From the IMG/VR virus record IMGVR_UViG_3300045988_147571: a stretch of DNA of 64,000 bases; one strand, written 5' to 3'. Positions 8,509 to 17,256 of this stretch are shown here, piece after piece. Below the pieces are notes generated by a model. That model was not told where the DNA came from. It was given only the letters and a program-made list of their open reading frames with translations, and searched no databases. A program made the position numbers and the translations under genes. Position 1 is the first letter of the stretch. Every line of letters begins with the position of its first letter. This DNA is from a virus.

Positions 8509-8546
8509 ATATTCAGTTGTAATTTTTCTATATTCAGTTGTAATTT
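8509..8546. repeat. Two exact 17-bp direct repeats (ATATTCAGTTGTAATTT) with 21-bp period
   Basis: Copies at 8509..8525 and 8530..8546, just upstream (minus sense) of gene 7924..8448. Confidence 0.8.
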
Positions 8547-8607
8547 ATATGAAAACCTCTTAGTGGGCTAGAGGTCAATCATATACTTTGGCATAAACAT
8601 TCCTCCC

Positions 8608-9588
8608 TTACTGTGTTCTTATATCAATAATGTCACAAGCAGAATAGTACTGGTAGTGACTTAATAACATACCAATTGCTTCCATTTCATTTACTGCAAG
8701 GATTTCACAACAGATTTCATCTCCATTGGTCTGAAGATAAATATGGAAGAATTTCTTTGCTTTTTCCTCTTTCGAGAAGATATAAGTACAATCATCTGTA
8801 TAAGCTGTTATGTAATCAGTGCTAATAGGTGATGCTTCTTCATCATCATAATCTCTCCACCAATTTCCATATCTACCGTACCCACCATAAGCAGCTTCAA
8901 TATACTCAAAAGGTTCTTCACATGGCAAAGCAAGGATCTTTTTCGCTTCTTCAATTGTAGAAAGCAATGCTTCTACATTGATTGTTTCTCCTAAGGTGTG
9001 CTCATTGAAATATCCAGAAGATAAATTAACTGCTGCTACTCTAAGTGCCGGAGCAATTGTTGAAATATCTGAAAGAGAACCCCATTGCGTTTTAAAGTAA
9101 CCAGTAGATTCAATAAACTCTTTAAAATCTGGATTATCACAAGAGTAGAACACACAATCGTTTGTTCCTCTCCTATCAATTTCTATGATGTAATTTATAT
9201 CATTGTTTACTATGTAGTCACTTACAGCAAACTTCTCAGCTCCTACGCATCCAATTTCTTCGTCCTCTGTAAATAATACAGAACACTTGAAATCTTTAAT
9301 AATCTGTAAGATAGCGTAGATGCCACACCGGTCGTCTCCCCCAATCCCTTGAGGAGAAGACATGATTGCTCCAGTATACTTAATTTTCTGGACACATTCT
9401 TTATGTACTGTATCCATATGAGCTACTAAAAGTACTGGGAAAGTTCCCTTGGCATAGAGGAATCCATCTTCTGATTTAGGTTCATAACCAGCTGCTTCCA
9501 ACTTATCTTCCAGATGTCTCTTAAGAGTCATCTGTTTCATTCTTAAAATTTCTTCAAATTCTGTGATTTTATATTTGTTTTTACTCAT
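8608..9588 (-). CDS. Zn-metallopeptidase-like protein (M20/M28/M42-type motifs)
   Basis: LLVAHMDTVH, GGDDRCG and FTEDEEIGCVGA resemble the metal ligand blocks of these aminopeptidase clans. Confidence 0.5.
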   Translation of the reverse strand: MSKNKYKITEFEEILRMKQMTLKRHLEDKLEAAGYEPKSEDGFLYAKGTFPVLLVAHMDTVHKECVQKIKYTGAIMSSPQGIGGDDRCGIYAILQIIKDFKCSVLFTEDEEIGCVGAEKFAVSDYIVNNDINYIIEIDRRGTNDCVFYSCDNPDFKEFIESTGYFKTQWGSLSDISTIAPALRVAAVNLSSGYFNEHTLGETINVEALLSTIEEAKKILALPCEEPFEYIEAAYGGYGRYGNWWRDYDDEEASPISTDYITAYTDDCTYIFSKEEKAKKFFHIYLQTNGDEICCEILAVNEMEAIGMLLSHYQYYSACDIIDIRTQ

Positions 9589-11116
9589 CGCTGGCCTCCT
9601 CTTCTACACAATCTGGACAAAGCAGCCCTTTGTCACCTTCTTTAATTACATAGTATTTTCCACAGTGGATGCATTCTTTAACTTTTCTATCGGGGAAAAA
9701 ATCATCCTCACTTTCAATATATGTATATTTCTCTTCTAAGCAATGACTACATACTTCCTCATCTGTTGATGCTACATAAGTAATATCATCATTGTTTCGA
9801 AGTCTTCCACAACAATCACATTCTGTGAAATCTTCTTCCCTGCAACTATTACAGATATCCATATCTAACTCTCTGTAATACTGAATTTCTGAATTAGGAA
9901 CTCTTTCATTGCAGCAGTCACAATAAGTAGAACAGTCACAGCAATACCAGTTTCCGTTGATACAATACATCTCATCTTCGTCATAGCGATCACCGCAATC
10001 ACAACATCTATGAGATCCACTATCACCATAGTTATCATAACAATCCTCACAAAGAAGAGTGCTTTCCATGGTGTGATAATCTCCACACTTTACACAGTAG
10101 ATGTCATGTCCTACTGTCATACGTCTATCATCAACTCTTCCCTTGGGAATCATCTTGACGATTTTACTGACTGAGCATTCGCTCTGGCAGCTATAGTCTC
10201 TGTAATGAGTACCTTCAGAATTGATGACTGAACAACATGCAGATATACCACCTTTCTTTTTCCAAAGATTAGGAGCAACCAAACAGTCAGCAATAATCTT
10301 CTGAATCTGTGCTCTGATTGGAGTATATAGTGAATTTTTTCCATCGTTACACTGAGGATATAACCTTCCTTGTACAAGGATTCCATCCTTATAATGAAAC
10401 AACTGACGGATGATTTTAGGTTCGAACTCTAAGTCATTGCCATCATATTCTTTGTCCACCTGATAGTAAACCATTGTAGTTCCATCAAGTAAGTAACTCA
10501 TAGTTCCAGAACAGTGGCAACCAGAGTACCCATTAGGGTTATTCTTATCCAATGTATGACAGGATGACCAGCTATTTCCATTAGAGGACAACAGATAATC
10601 AACCGGATTAACTGACAAAATAGTATGTCTAATCTGATCCAGTGGATTAATTGCATCTGAGTATTTTGCATACGCTCTCTCAAAGTTACTATAATTTTCA
10701 GGTGTAATACTTACCAAATTACAGATTTTCTTTACTGCTCTTGAAGTTTTCTGTCCTTCAGCAATTCCTTTAATATCAGGATAAGATTCCTTAATGCAAT
10801 CAGCCATTTCCTTTGTAAGAAGCTGTTCTTTATATCTTCTTAACTTATCAAGAGCACATGTAGTATAAGTTCTATCTATAACCCATTCAATAAAGTTATA
10901 GATTTTATCTTCATCAGGCTGTCCCTTGATATTCTGGTCAAATGCTACATAACACTTGTCCTCATTCCAATTCGGATGATGTTTTAACACCTCCATCAGA
11001 GGTGCCTTGTTGTCTGCCCAGATATTGATAATTTTATCAATGGCTGAATCTCCCCAAGGAATGCTATATGTATCAAGAACTTTAATCATACCCTGTTTCA
11101 TTGTTTCTTTATTCAT
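9581..11116 (-). CDS. Hypothetical protein with a C-terminal array of CxxC zinc-ribbon repeats
   Basis: ORF track. More than 8 CxxC pairs occur in the last ~170 aa. Confidence 0.7.
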   Translation of the reverse strand: MNKETMKQGMIKVLDTYSIPWGDSAIDKIINIWADNKAPLMEVLKHHPNWNEDKCYVAFDQNIKGQPDEDKIYNFIEWVIDRTYTTCALDKLRRYKEQLLTKEMADCIKESYPDIKGIAEGQKTSRAVKKICNLVSITPENYSNFERAYAKYSDAINPLDQIRHTILSVNPVDYLLSSNGNSWSSCHTLDKNNPNGYSGCHCSGTMSYLLDGTTMVYYQVDKEYDGNDLEFEPKIIRQLFHYKDGILVQGRLYPQCNDGKNSLYTPIRAQIQKIIADCLVAPNLWKKKGGISACCSVINSEGTHYRDYSCQSECSVSKIVKMIPKGRVDDRRMTVGHDIYCVKCGDYHTMESTLLCEDCYDNYGDSGSHRCCDCGDRYDEDEMYCINGNWYCCDCSTYCDCCNERVPNSEIQYYRELDMDICNSCREEDFTECDCCGRLRNNDDITYVASTDEEVCSHCLEEKYTYIESEDDFFPDRKVKECIHCGKYYVIKEGDKGLLCPDCVEEEASDE

Positions 11117-11772
11117 GCTACAAATCCTCCTAAAATCTGTTCGTACAGCTCCTGTGGAATCTGTTCTTTTCCAAGAAGCTCTTCGCTGAGTTCCTTTGCT
11201 TTAGCCACTGCTGCAGTGCCCTTATCTTTGATTCTGTCATAAAAGACCTCAATTATGTTCATGACTTTAGAAACCGCTTCGTATTCTGTGTAGAGCTCTT
11301 TGTCGTCTGACTGGATCTGCTCGAACACTTCCTGTACTCCATAGGTTACGAAGCATTCTGGACAATAATCATTGACTAAAGGTCCGGAAATAATCTTTCC
11401 GCAGTGCTTACAGATGGAGAGTTTATAATCTCTCTCATCCAAATCTTTATAGTCACCGTTTTCAAACTTGAATACCTCATACTGGTCAAAGATATAAGCT
11501 GCTTCGTATTCCTTGGCGAGCTCCTCAAACTGAATCAGAACCTCTACAGAATCCTCTTTTTCTTGCGTAAACTTTTTTATTTTCTTGTTTAGAGGTTTCA
11601 TTTTAAACTTGCTGTCCTCAATGTAGAGAAACTTTGAGTCAAAGTTTTCTGTGATATCTTCTCCTAAGACATAATTCTTGAAGAGGAATCCAAGGACAAT
11701 ATCAATGTCCTTGGATTCTACCTCTGATGAGGTAATTTTATTATCTTTATAAAAACTAATAAGTGTTGCCAT
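11113..11772 (-). CDS. Hypothetical protein with an internal zinc ribbon
   Basis: ORF track. CKHCGK...CPEC. Confidence 0.7.
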   Translation of the reverse strand: MATLISFYKDNKITSSEVESKDIDIVLGFLFKNYVLGEDITENFDSKFLYIEDSKFKMKPLNKKIKKFTQEKEDSVEVLIQFEELAKEYEAAYIFDQYEVFKFENGDYKDLDERDYKLSICKHCGKIISGPLVNDYCPECFVTYGVQEVFEQIQSDDKELYTEYEAVSKVMNIIEVFYDRIKDKGTAAVAKAKELSEELLGKEQIPQELYEQILGGFVA

Positions 11773-11802
11773 TTGTTCTTCTCCTTTCTTAACTGTAACT
11801 GC

Positions 11803-11832
11803 ATTATAAACCAGTTTGTAAAACTTGTCAAT
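11803..11832 (-). promoter_or_regulatory. Consensus sigma-A/sigma-70 promoter (TTGACA-17-TATAAT)
   Basis: Minus sense reads TTGACA agttttacaaactggtt TATAAT. The -35 is at 11827..11832 and the -10 at 11803..11808. Confidence 0.75.
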
Positions 11833-11851
11833 ACTTTTTACAAACTGGTTT
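11808..11851. repeat. Perfect 16-bp inverted repeat enclosing the -35 box
   Basis: AAACCAGTTTGTAAAA (11808..11823) and TTTTACAAACTGGTTT (11836..11851) flank a 12-nt spacer that contains TTGACA. Confidence 0.85.
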
Positions 11852-12692
11852 AAGAAATTTTCTTTCCTCTTTCATTGAACTGTTTTGGCTCACCGAGAGA
11901 TACGAGATAGTCCTGCATATAGAGAGCTAAACTCAATCCAACTCTTTTTGGATAAGCAGCTATCCCTTCAGCTTTAAGCGTGCTTGGTGGAGTTTCTCTC
12001 ATAATAGGTAATACTTTTGCTAATCCAATATCTCCGTAGAAGCTATAAATTTTATACAAGCTCATAATTATCTTATCACACAATCCATCTCCTGATAAGT
12101 TATAGCCAGCTTTACAACAAGTAGATATAATACTTTCATAAGCCGTCTTACCTTTTGCTTTAATTATCTTGTAAGCGGATGAATAGCTACCAATAGTTCC
12201 TGGTTTCCTTGCTCCTTTATCCTCTGCAATGCTCAACTTATGCCTGTCAAGCACTGCCTGCAGTGCTGTAGCATTTGGCTCTCCTAAGATAAGGTTTGCC
12301 TTATGCATCTGTAAAGGCGTAACTTTTTCAGTATATAAACTCTGTCTTGTAAAGATACTTGCTTCGAAACATCTTCTCTCATCCGGATCAGATGGGGCTG
12401 AAGTAATAACAACACATTCGAGTTTATCTAAAATACCTTCTGATGCAATGAAACGACCATAACCGTCTACAATAGAAAAAGTGCACTCTTCTGGATGTGG
12501 CACCACTAATAATGCATCCATAATCATATGATCAAAATTGTCATGCATTGCTTTAATTTTTCTATGATTTCGTGTTTCCAGCCGCTGATAAGCAGGATCG
12601 ACAGACATCAGTTCCCTTGGAATTACTGCGCATGCCTTTGTACCAGAGATTAATAAGTTGCTCATAACTGTGTTGTAAACGATGTTTTCCAT
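11850..12692 (-). CDS. ParB/Srx-fold N-terminal-domain protein
   Basis: SVDPAYQR ... IVDGYGRFIA resembles the ParB-like nuclease domain DGxxR box. Confidence 0.5.
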   Translation of the reverse strand: MENIVYNTVMSNLLISGTKACAVIPRELMSVDPAYQRLETRNHRKIKAMHDNFDHMIMDALLVVPHPEECTFSIVDGYGRFIASEGILDKLECVVITSAPSDPDERRCFEASIFTRQSLYTEKVTPLQMHKANLILGEPNATALQAVLDRHKLSIAEDKGARKPGTIGSYSSAYKIIKAKGKTAYESIISTCCKAGYNLSGDGLCDKIIMSLYKIYSFYGDIGLAKVLPIMRETPPSTLKAEGIAAYPKRVGLSLALYMQDYLVSLGEPKQFNERGKKIS

Positions 12693-12715
12693 TTTGTTTT
12701 CCTCTTTTCTTTTAT

Positions 12716-12745
12716 ATAATAAAAAAGAGCTGTTTTCACAGCTCT
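12716..12745 (-). terminator. Rho-independent terminator
   Basis: Minus sense reads AGAGCTGT-GAAA-ACAGCTCT followed by TTTTTTATTAT. Confidence 0.7.
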
Positions 12746-12761
12746 AGTTTTATTTCATTGT

Positions 12762-12995
12762 TTAATAATTAGTTTCTACTAAGTTGGTGAGATACTCAAT
12801 CCCGTGACCACATAAAGCAGTCAGAACTTCATCTAAGATGTCAAGTTCTCCGTCTGTTTCACATGATTCAAGGGCCTGAATAATCCCGTACCCCTTTTCA
12901 TATTCGCTTGTATTCACAAGCTCTTTTGTTATTGTGTCGCCGAGCTTTTCCTCGGCATAGTCGACTCCGTAGAGTCTTTCCTTTGCTGTCTTCAT
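12762..12995 (-). CDS. Hypothetical acidic protein
   Basis: ORF track. ATGA overlap with the upstream gene. Confidence 0.65.
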   Translation of the reverse strand: MKTAKERLYGVDYAEEKLGDTITKELVNTSEYEKGYGIIQALESCETDGELDILDEVLTALCGHGIEYLTNLVETNY

Positions 12996-13309
12996 TTTGA
13001 AAACCTCCTTGATATAATTAATTCTTTAAGATTTTTGGGGTACCTTGTCCAAATTAAATCTTTATCTTCATAGGTCATACTGTATGTAAGGCCATCTACA
13101 GTTGGTTTATATAGAGCATTTATAGAATACCTTTTACTATGATTTAAATTTTCATCATAGCCACTACCCGTCATAAACCCTGTAGCGTTAATAAAACATA
13201 TATTTTGACTGCCGTAATGCTTTGTTTCACAATCGGTAAGGATAATGTAAGTTCCCGCATACATAACAGCTATCATTCCAGACCGGAGCTTCTTCCTTAA
13301 ATCAACCAT
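12992..13309 (-). CDS. Small tail-motif protein (own fold; LIISRR tail)
   Basis: ORF track. The tail TCA AGG AGG TTT TCA AAA TGA supplies the SD for ATG 12995. Confidence 0.7.
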   Translation of the reverse strand: MVDLRKKLRSGMIAVMYAGTYIILTDCETKHYGSQNICFINATGFMTGSGYDENLNHSKRYSINALYKPTVDGLTYSMTYEDKDLIWTRYPKNLKELIISRRFSK

Positions 13310-13547
13310 GCTGCCTCCTTATTATTAAAAAGCGAAGTGGCGAAATAGATATCAGATCCTCTATCCAAGACCACCAATAGTGATAATTTGAGCCACCATT
13401 TCCATTGTGTAATGAAATGTTTTCTTTATAGTAATAAACTAAATATTGGAATGGTTCAAAACTTTTGTCAATATCTTCTATCTGTCCTATACCGTAATAT
13501 TTATGATAAACTATGTCACCTATATTTAATTCTTTAGGATGTTGCAT
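13302..13547 (-). CDS. Small tail-motif protein, Tudor-like GxGxV/LHNG/WW type (paralog array 3)
   Basis: IGDIVYHKYYGIGQI, LHNGNGG, HYWWSW, LIIRRQ tail. Confidence 0.75.
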   Translation of the reverse strand: MQHPKELNIGDIVYHKYYGIGQIEDIDKSFEPFQYLVYYYKENISLHNGNGGSNYHYWWSWIEDLISISPLRFLIIRRQHG

Positions 13548-13770
13548 TTCTTCTCCTTTCTATTAGCTTGCACAAAGACACTGAACGGACAAGAGTAAGT
13601 GAGTTTTCCATACATAACCAATAATGACAATCTGGGCCTCTACCGTTGCCATTATGTAAACATTTATTTTCTTTGTAGAAATAAACCAAACATGGTGCTA
13701 AGCAATGTTCAAACCCTACTACCCTCCCCATCCCATAGTCACTTCGCCATACTATATCACCTATTTTCAT
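13534..13770 (-). CDS. Small tail-motif protein, Tudor-like type (paralog array 3)
   Basis: Track ORF to 13842. The likely start is ATG 13770 (ATGA overlap, GGAAGGAGG SD). MKIGDIVWRSDYGMGRVV, LHNGNG, LIERRR tail. Confidence 0.75.
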   Translation of the reverse strand: MKIGDIVWRSDYGMGRVVGFEHCLAPCLVYFYKENKCLHNGNGRGPDCHYWLCMENSLTLVRSVSLCKLIERRRNATS

Positions 13771-13988
13771 TGTTGCCTCCTTCCTATTATCCAACGTAAT
13801 GATTGGCACTTGGCAACTTCTTCTGGCCAGAACCACCAGCAATGATTATATAGTCCACAACCTCCATCATGAAGCTGATGACTCTCTTTGAAAAAGTATA
13901 TCAAATAAAGACCATCTAAGCCTTCAACAATTACTATACCTTCTCCAAAGTGCTCATGAAACACTTTTTCTCCTATTTCTAATGACAT
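13767..13988 (-). CDS. Small tail-motif protein, Tudor-like type (paralog array 3)
   Basis: IGEKVFHEHFGEGIV, LHDGG, HCWWFW, WIIGRRQQ tail. Confidence 0.75.
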   Translation of the reverse strand: MSLEIGEKVFHEHFGEGIVIVEGLDGLYLIYFFKESHQLHDGGCGLYNHCWWFWPEEVAKCQSLRWIIGRRQQ

Positions 13989-14194
13989 TACCTAGGCTCC
14001 TTTCTGGTATAAGCATATAATCTGGTGCTATCCAGTAGTCTGTATAGTAAATATTTATTCCCATGCTTTTACCATTTTTTTTTTACAGTCATCACAGGAG
14101 GCGTTCTGTCTTCGACGATACAATAATCGTAGGTTTTTGTTGTAGATTTCCTCCAGAAACGATTAAGTTTCACTTTATCACCTACACAATACAT
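13954..14194 (-). pseudogene. Array-3 paralog split by a frameshift at an A10 run
   Basis: ATG 14194 opens MYCVGDKVKL...VMTVKKKW and stops at 14069. After the A10 run (14075..14084) the +1 frame continues GKSMGINIYYTDYWIAPDYMLIPERSLGNVIRNRRKSVS to 13954. That continuation includes the family tail and the SD for ATG 13988. Confidence 0.55.
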
Positions 14195-14420
14195 GTTGCC
14201 TCCTTTTTATCAAAGATGCCAGTGGTGGAACATATTTCATATCTTGGATTTCGTCATTACTGAACCACCAGCCATGGTTATCTTTACAGGATCTTGGCTC
14301 TATTGCACCATCATGTAGAGCATCATTTGCCTTGAAAAAGTATACAAGCTCACTTCCGGGACGGAGTTTTATTACTTTTCCTAGCCCATAAAACGGGTCT
14401 TTAACATAGGTTCCTATCAT
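14178..14420 (-). CDS. Small tail-motif protein, Tudor-like type (paralog array 3)
   Basis: GTYVKDPFYGLGKVI, LHDG, HGWWFS, LIKRRQ tail. Confidence 0.75.
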   Translation of the reverse strand: MIGTYVKDPFYGLGKVIKLRPGSELVYFFKANDALHDGAIEPRSCKDNHGWWFSNDEIQDMKYVPPLASLIKRRQHVLCR

Positions 14421-14640
14421 TTTGTCTCCTTTCTATGAGTAACCTTAACGTAGAAAGATATTCCATATCTGCAATTTCTCTATAACTGAACCACCAACCG
14501 TGATGATCTCCACATGAACCATCCCCTCCATCGTGCAATTCTTTATTTGCCTCGAAGAAAAAGACGAGTCCACTAATACTATCTATTTTGATAACTTTCC
14601 CTAATCCATATACTGGGTGTTTAATATAAGTTCCGATCAT
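14401..14640 (-). CDS. Small tail-motif protein, Tudor-like type (paralog array 3)
   Basis: GTYIKHPVYGLGKVI, LHDGG, HGWWFS, LIERRQ tail. Confidence 0.75.
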   Translation of the reverse strand: MIGTYIKHPVYGLGKVIKIDSISGLVFFFEANKELHDGGDGSCGDHHGWWFSYREIADMEYLSTLRLLIERRQNDRNLC

Positions 14641-14825
14641 TTGCCTTGCCTCTTTTCTATAAAATGTCTCAATGGTTTCTTATGCAAGAGCTTTATTTCA
14701 TCTTTTCTATAAGCCATACAGTCTACAACAATTCTATCATCAATTAAGCCGCTATATAAAAACATTCTATTGTAGGGATGACTATAAGTGACTACATAAG
14801 GATAAAGGACTATACCCTATACCAT
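14637..14825 (-). pseudogene. Degenerate array-3 paralog (in-frame TAG at codon 3)
   Basis: ATG GTA TAG GGT... then GIVLYPYVVTYSHPYNRMFLYSGLIDD...EIKLLHKKPLRHFIEKRQGK. The tail and the KKPL block match 14853..15110. Its TGA overlaps ATG 14640. Confidence 0.35.
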
Positions 14826-14852
14826 ATCAATTTCCCTACTTTCCCGTAAGGG

Positions 14853-15110
14853 TCATATACATATATGTTCTGCATTGACACATTCCTTTCTCTTGGTGAT
14901 CAGATCAATCAGCGGTCTCTTCTTGAGAAACTTGATATGTTTTTTGCCATAGCAGGATGCGTTAGTTATATATCTTCCTTCATAGTATCCAGAGTAAAAG
15001 TTTGGATTATGTTTATAATGGTCTACTATGTAGTGAGAGAACCATAATGATCCATCATAAAAATTTAATTTACCTAAACCATCAGGTGTCTTTACATAAA
15101 TATGTCTCAC
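14853..15110 (-). CDS. Small tail-motif protein (array 3, divergent; LITKRKE tail)
   Basis: ORF track, GTG start after an AAAGGAGAA SD. TPDGLGKLNFYDG. Confidence 0.65.
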   Translation of the reverse strand: MRHIYVKTPDGLGKLNFYDGSLWFSHYIVDHYKHNPNFYSGYYEGRYITNASCYGKKHIKFLKKRPLIDLITKRKECVNAEHICI

Positions 15111-15144
15111 CGTTATTCTCCTTTTCGATTTTATTTACGTGTTT

Positions 15145-15173
15145 ATAATAGCAAACATCTGTTCTCTTGTCAA
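15145..15173 (-). promoter_or_regulatory. Sigma-A-type promoter (TTGACA-17-TATTAT)
   Basis: Minus sense reads TTGACA agagaacagatgtttgc TATTAT. The -35 overlaps the stop codon of 15170..15391. Confidence 0.65.
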
Positions 15174-15391
15174 GCATCTATATAACAGAAACTTCCGGTT
15201 CCTGTATCTAATGTGCAACAGGTATGCTCATACTTCATTATCAGTCGATTAAATTTCTCTTCTGACATTTTTGTTGTGACCTTAAACGGGTGCGCCCAAG
15301 GTGAGTCCACTTGCATTTTATTAGGAAGTAAATATACCGGATTTCCTGCAACAAGCTCTTTATGAGCTTCTCTTCTAGTTACTTTTTTCAT
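15170..15391 (-). CDS. Hypothetical protein
   Basis: ORF track. Confidence 0.6.
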   Translation of the reverse strand: MKKVTRREAHKELVAGNPVYLLPNKMQVDSPWAHPFKVTTKMSEEKFNRLIMKYEHTCCTLDTGTGSFCYIDA

Positions 15392-15514
15392 AATAGTTCC
15401 TTTCTTTAAGCAGCATACTTAAATATCTTGGAGGAAAACGGGTAGCCCTAGATTTCATGCTACCCTTTTGAGCAATACAAGATACTTAAATATACTGCCT
15501 AAGCAGTATATTTT

Positions 15515-15856
15515 TTAAATTACATAGAGTTTTCTACCATTGACGCATGCACAACTCTCGATTAAGCCGTAGCTTCTTAAGGCTTCCAACCCGTTGATGC
15601 CACAGATAGATACAATAGTATCTTCGTAAAGTGCTTCTGCTTTCGGAAAAACAAACAGAAGTTTTTCATAGTAGAGTTTTGCCTTGTACCCCTCCAATTC
15701 TTTAATTCTGTTAAAACACACTTTTCCTAAGCTGGTGTCCAATAATTCCTTTAATGTAGCAATTCTCTTGTCAACACAAGCAATACTTATATCTGTTGAT
15801 ACAAGTGCCTTTACCTCTTCTTCTGTGCAGTTTGTGTATTTTCTTAAAATTATCAT
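15515..15856 (-). CDS. Hypothetical protein
   Basis: ORF track. GGAGGA SD. Confidence 0.65.
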   Translation of the reverse strand: MIILRKYTNCTEEEVKALVSTDISIACVDKRIATLKELLDTSLGKVCFNRIKELEGYKAKLYYEKLLFVFPKAEALYEDTIVSICGINGLEALRSYGLIESCACVNGRKLYVI

Positions 15857-15866
15857 AATGTCCTCC

Positions 15867-16052
15867 TTAAAACATTCTTACCCACGCATCTCCTACTAAT
15901 TCCCATGTTGTAGGATTTAAAGCATAGTCTTTAGGGTTAAACAGTTGCTCATATCTTTCCCGCATTAGTTCCTTTGTAGGAAAGAACTCCTCCTTGTGCA
16001 GGTTTCCTTTGTTATATCCAGTCTTAAAATAGATTCTAAGTTTATATCTCAT
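15867..16052 (-). CDS. Hypothetical small protein
   Basis: Track ORF to 16100. The likely start is ATG 16052, after a GGGAGGAC SD and the upstream stop. Confidence 0.55.
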   Translation of the reverse strand: MRYKLRIYFKTGYNKGNLHKEEFFPTKELMRERYEQLFNPKDYALNPTTWELVGDAWVRMF

Positions 16053-16053
16053 G

Positions 16054-16452
16054 TTAGTCCTCCCTTGCATACTGTGCGAAGTGTTTAAGTCCACCTGCAT
16101 AATGAGCTAATACAACTTCGTCGTCGTACACACGCTTGGTTCCATTGGCATACATGATACATGAAGCAAGATCATACAGCTCCCAACAATCGCTAGAATC
16201 TGCATACCATGAGAATCGATTTCCGTTGGCACATGTAATAGTAATCAAATCTGTTTCTGAATCAACAGACTCTACTTCTGTTACGATTCCTGTTAGAGGA
16301 TAGTAACCATTCATTGTCTGTAATCCAGGAATGTCTATGTGATACTGCCAATGGATTTCGCTTTCTGTTCCATCTGTGAACTCTTCGGCTGCTGCTACAG
16401 GTGTTGCTACTACTAATGCTAATGCTACTAAGATAGATAATAATTTCTTCAT
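16054..16452 (-). CDS. Secreted hypothetical protein
   Basis: N-terminal MKKLLSILVALALVVATPVAAAEE is signal-peptide-like. Confidence 0.65.
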   Translation of the reverse strand: MKKLLSILVALALVVATPVAAAEEFTDGTESEIHWQYHIDIPGLQTMNGYYPLTGIVTEVESVDSETDLITITCANGNRFSWYADSSDCWELYDLASCIMYANGTKRVYDDEVVLAHYAGGLKHFAQYARED

Positions 16453-16530
16453 AATGATTTCCCTTTCTATATAACAATGATAAATTTATAGATATCTACA
16501 TATTGATCTAATTGATAGACAGGTGCCTTG

Positions 16531-16764
16531 TCAAATGAAGTTGACTATCTCCCTTGCAAGATAGCTATACATAACAGACACTGAAATTCTGTGCCAGTTT
16601 CCATTCTGAAACATTAACACAGGAATGTTCATAGGATCCTTTGGACGTTCAGTGCAGATAAACTGAAGTCCATTGCCTCTAATAAATAAGGCTCCTTTAG
16701 GTATTGTGTAACCCAAAAGAGCCTCTTTCCGTTGTATTCTGACAGTTGTGTATTTGTATGTCAT
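16531..16764 (-). CDS. Hypothetical protein
   Basis: ORF track. ATGA overlap with the upstream gene. Confidence 0.6.
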   Translation of the reverse strand: MTYKYTTVRIQRKEALLGYTIPKGALFIRGNGLQFICTERPKDPMNIPVLMFQNGNWHRISVSVMYSYLAREIVNFI

Positions 16765-17255
16765 GCTGACCTCCTCTCTGCTATAGAATCACTCAGAGAT
16801 ACTACAGGTTTCAGTGTGCTAGTTGCCTTGTCAAAGAAGTAGGCATGACTATCTAAAACTAAACCATCTTCTACACATTGAGCATTTACATCTCTGATCA
16901 TCTCATTGATGCCTGAAGGGTCAGTTCCAGGCATGAGAATCACTTCTTCTGTTGAAGACGGGATGACAAAGAAACTTCCAATAAATTGAGCGAAGCGTTC
17001 CATTGCTCCTGGATAAAACAGAGCTATTGCCCCGCAAGAAGTTTTATTGGTTACAATGTAGCCTATAGGAGACTGTGACACCAAAGACGTATAGAATCCT
17101 TCATCATTAAAGGATCCAAAAAGAGCATTTTCCATTGTGCAGAAAATCCCTGGGTAATCTGCCTCCAGTTTATCAAGATAGATTGACTGTCTATCTTCTG
17201 GAGTTTCAAAACTATCATTTCCTGAGAACTGTTTGTAAAATATATTAAGAGTCAT
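16761..17255 (-). CDS. Hypothetical protein
   Basis: ORF track. Confidence 0.65.
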   Translation of the reverse strand: MTLNIFYKQFSGNDSFETPEDRQSIYLDKLEADYPGIFCTMENALFGSFNDEGFYTSLVSQSPIGYIVTNKTSCGAIALFYPGAMERFAQFIGSFFVIPSSTEEVILMPGTDPSGINEMIRDVNAQCVEDGLVLDSHAYFFDKATSTLKPVVSLSDSIAERRSA

Positions 17256-17256
17256 A

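Noticed and set aside
8509-8546. CRISPR-like repeats
   Set aside because: Only two copies exist, separated by a 4-bp spacer, and no cas genes are present. No other repeat-spacer array was seen anywhere in the window.
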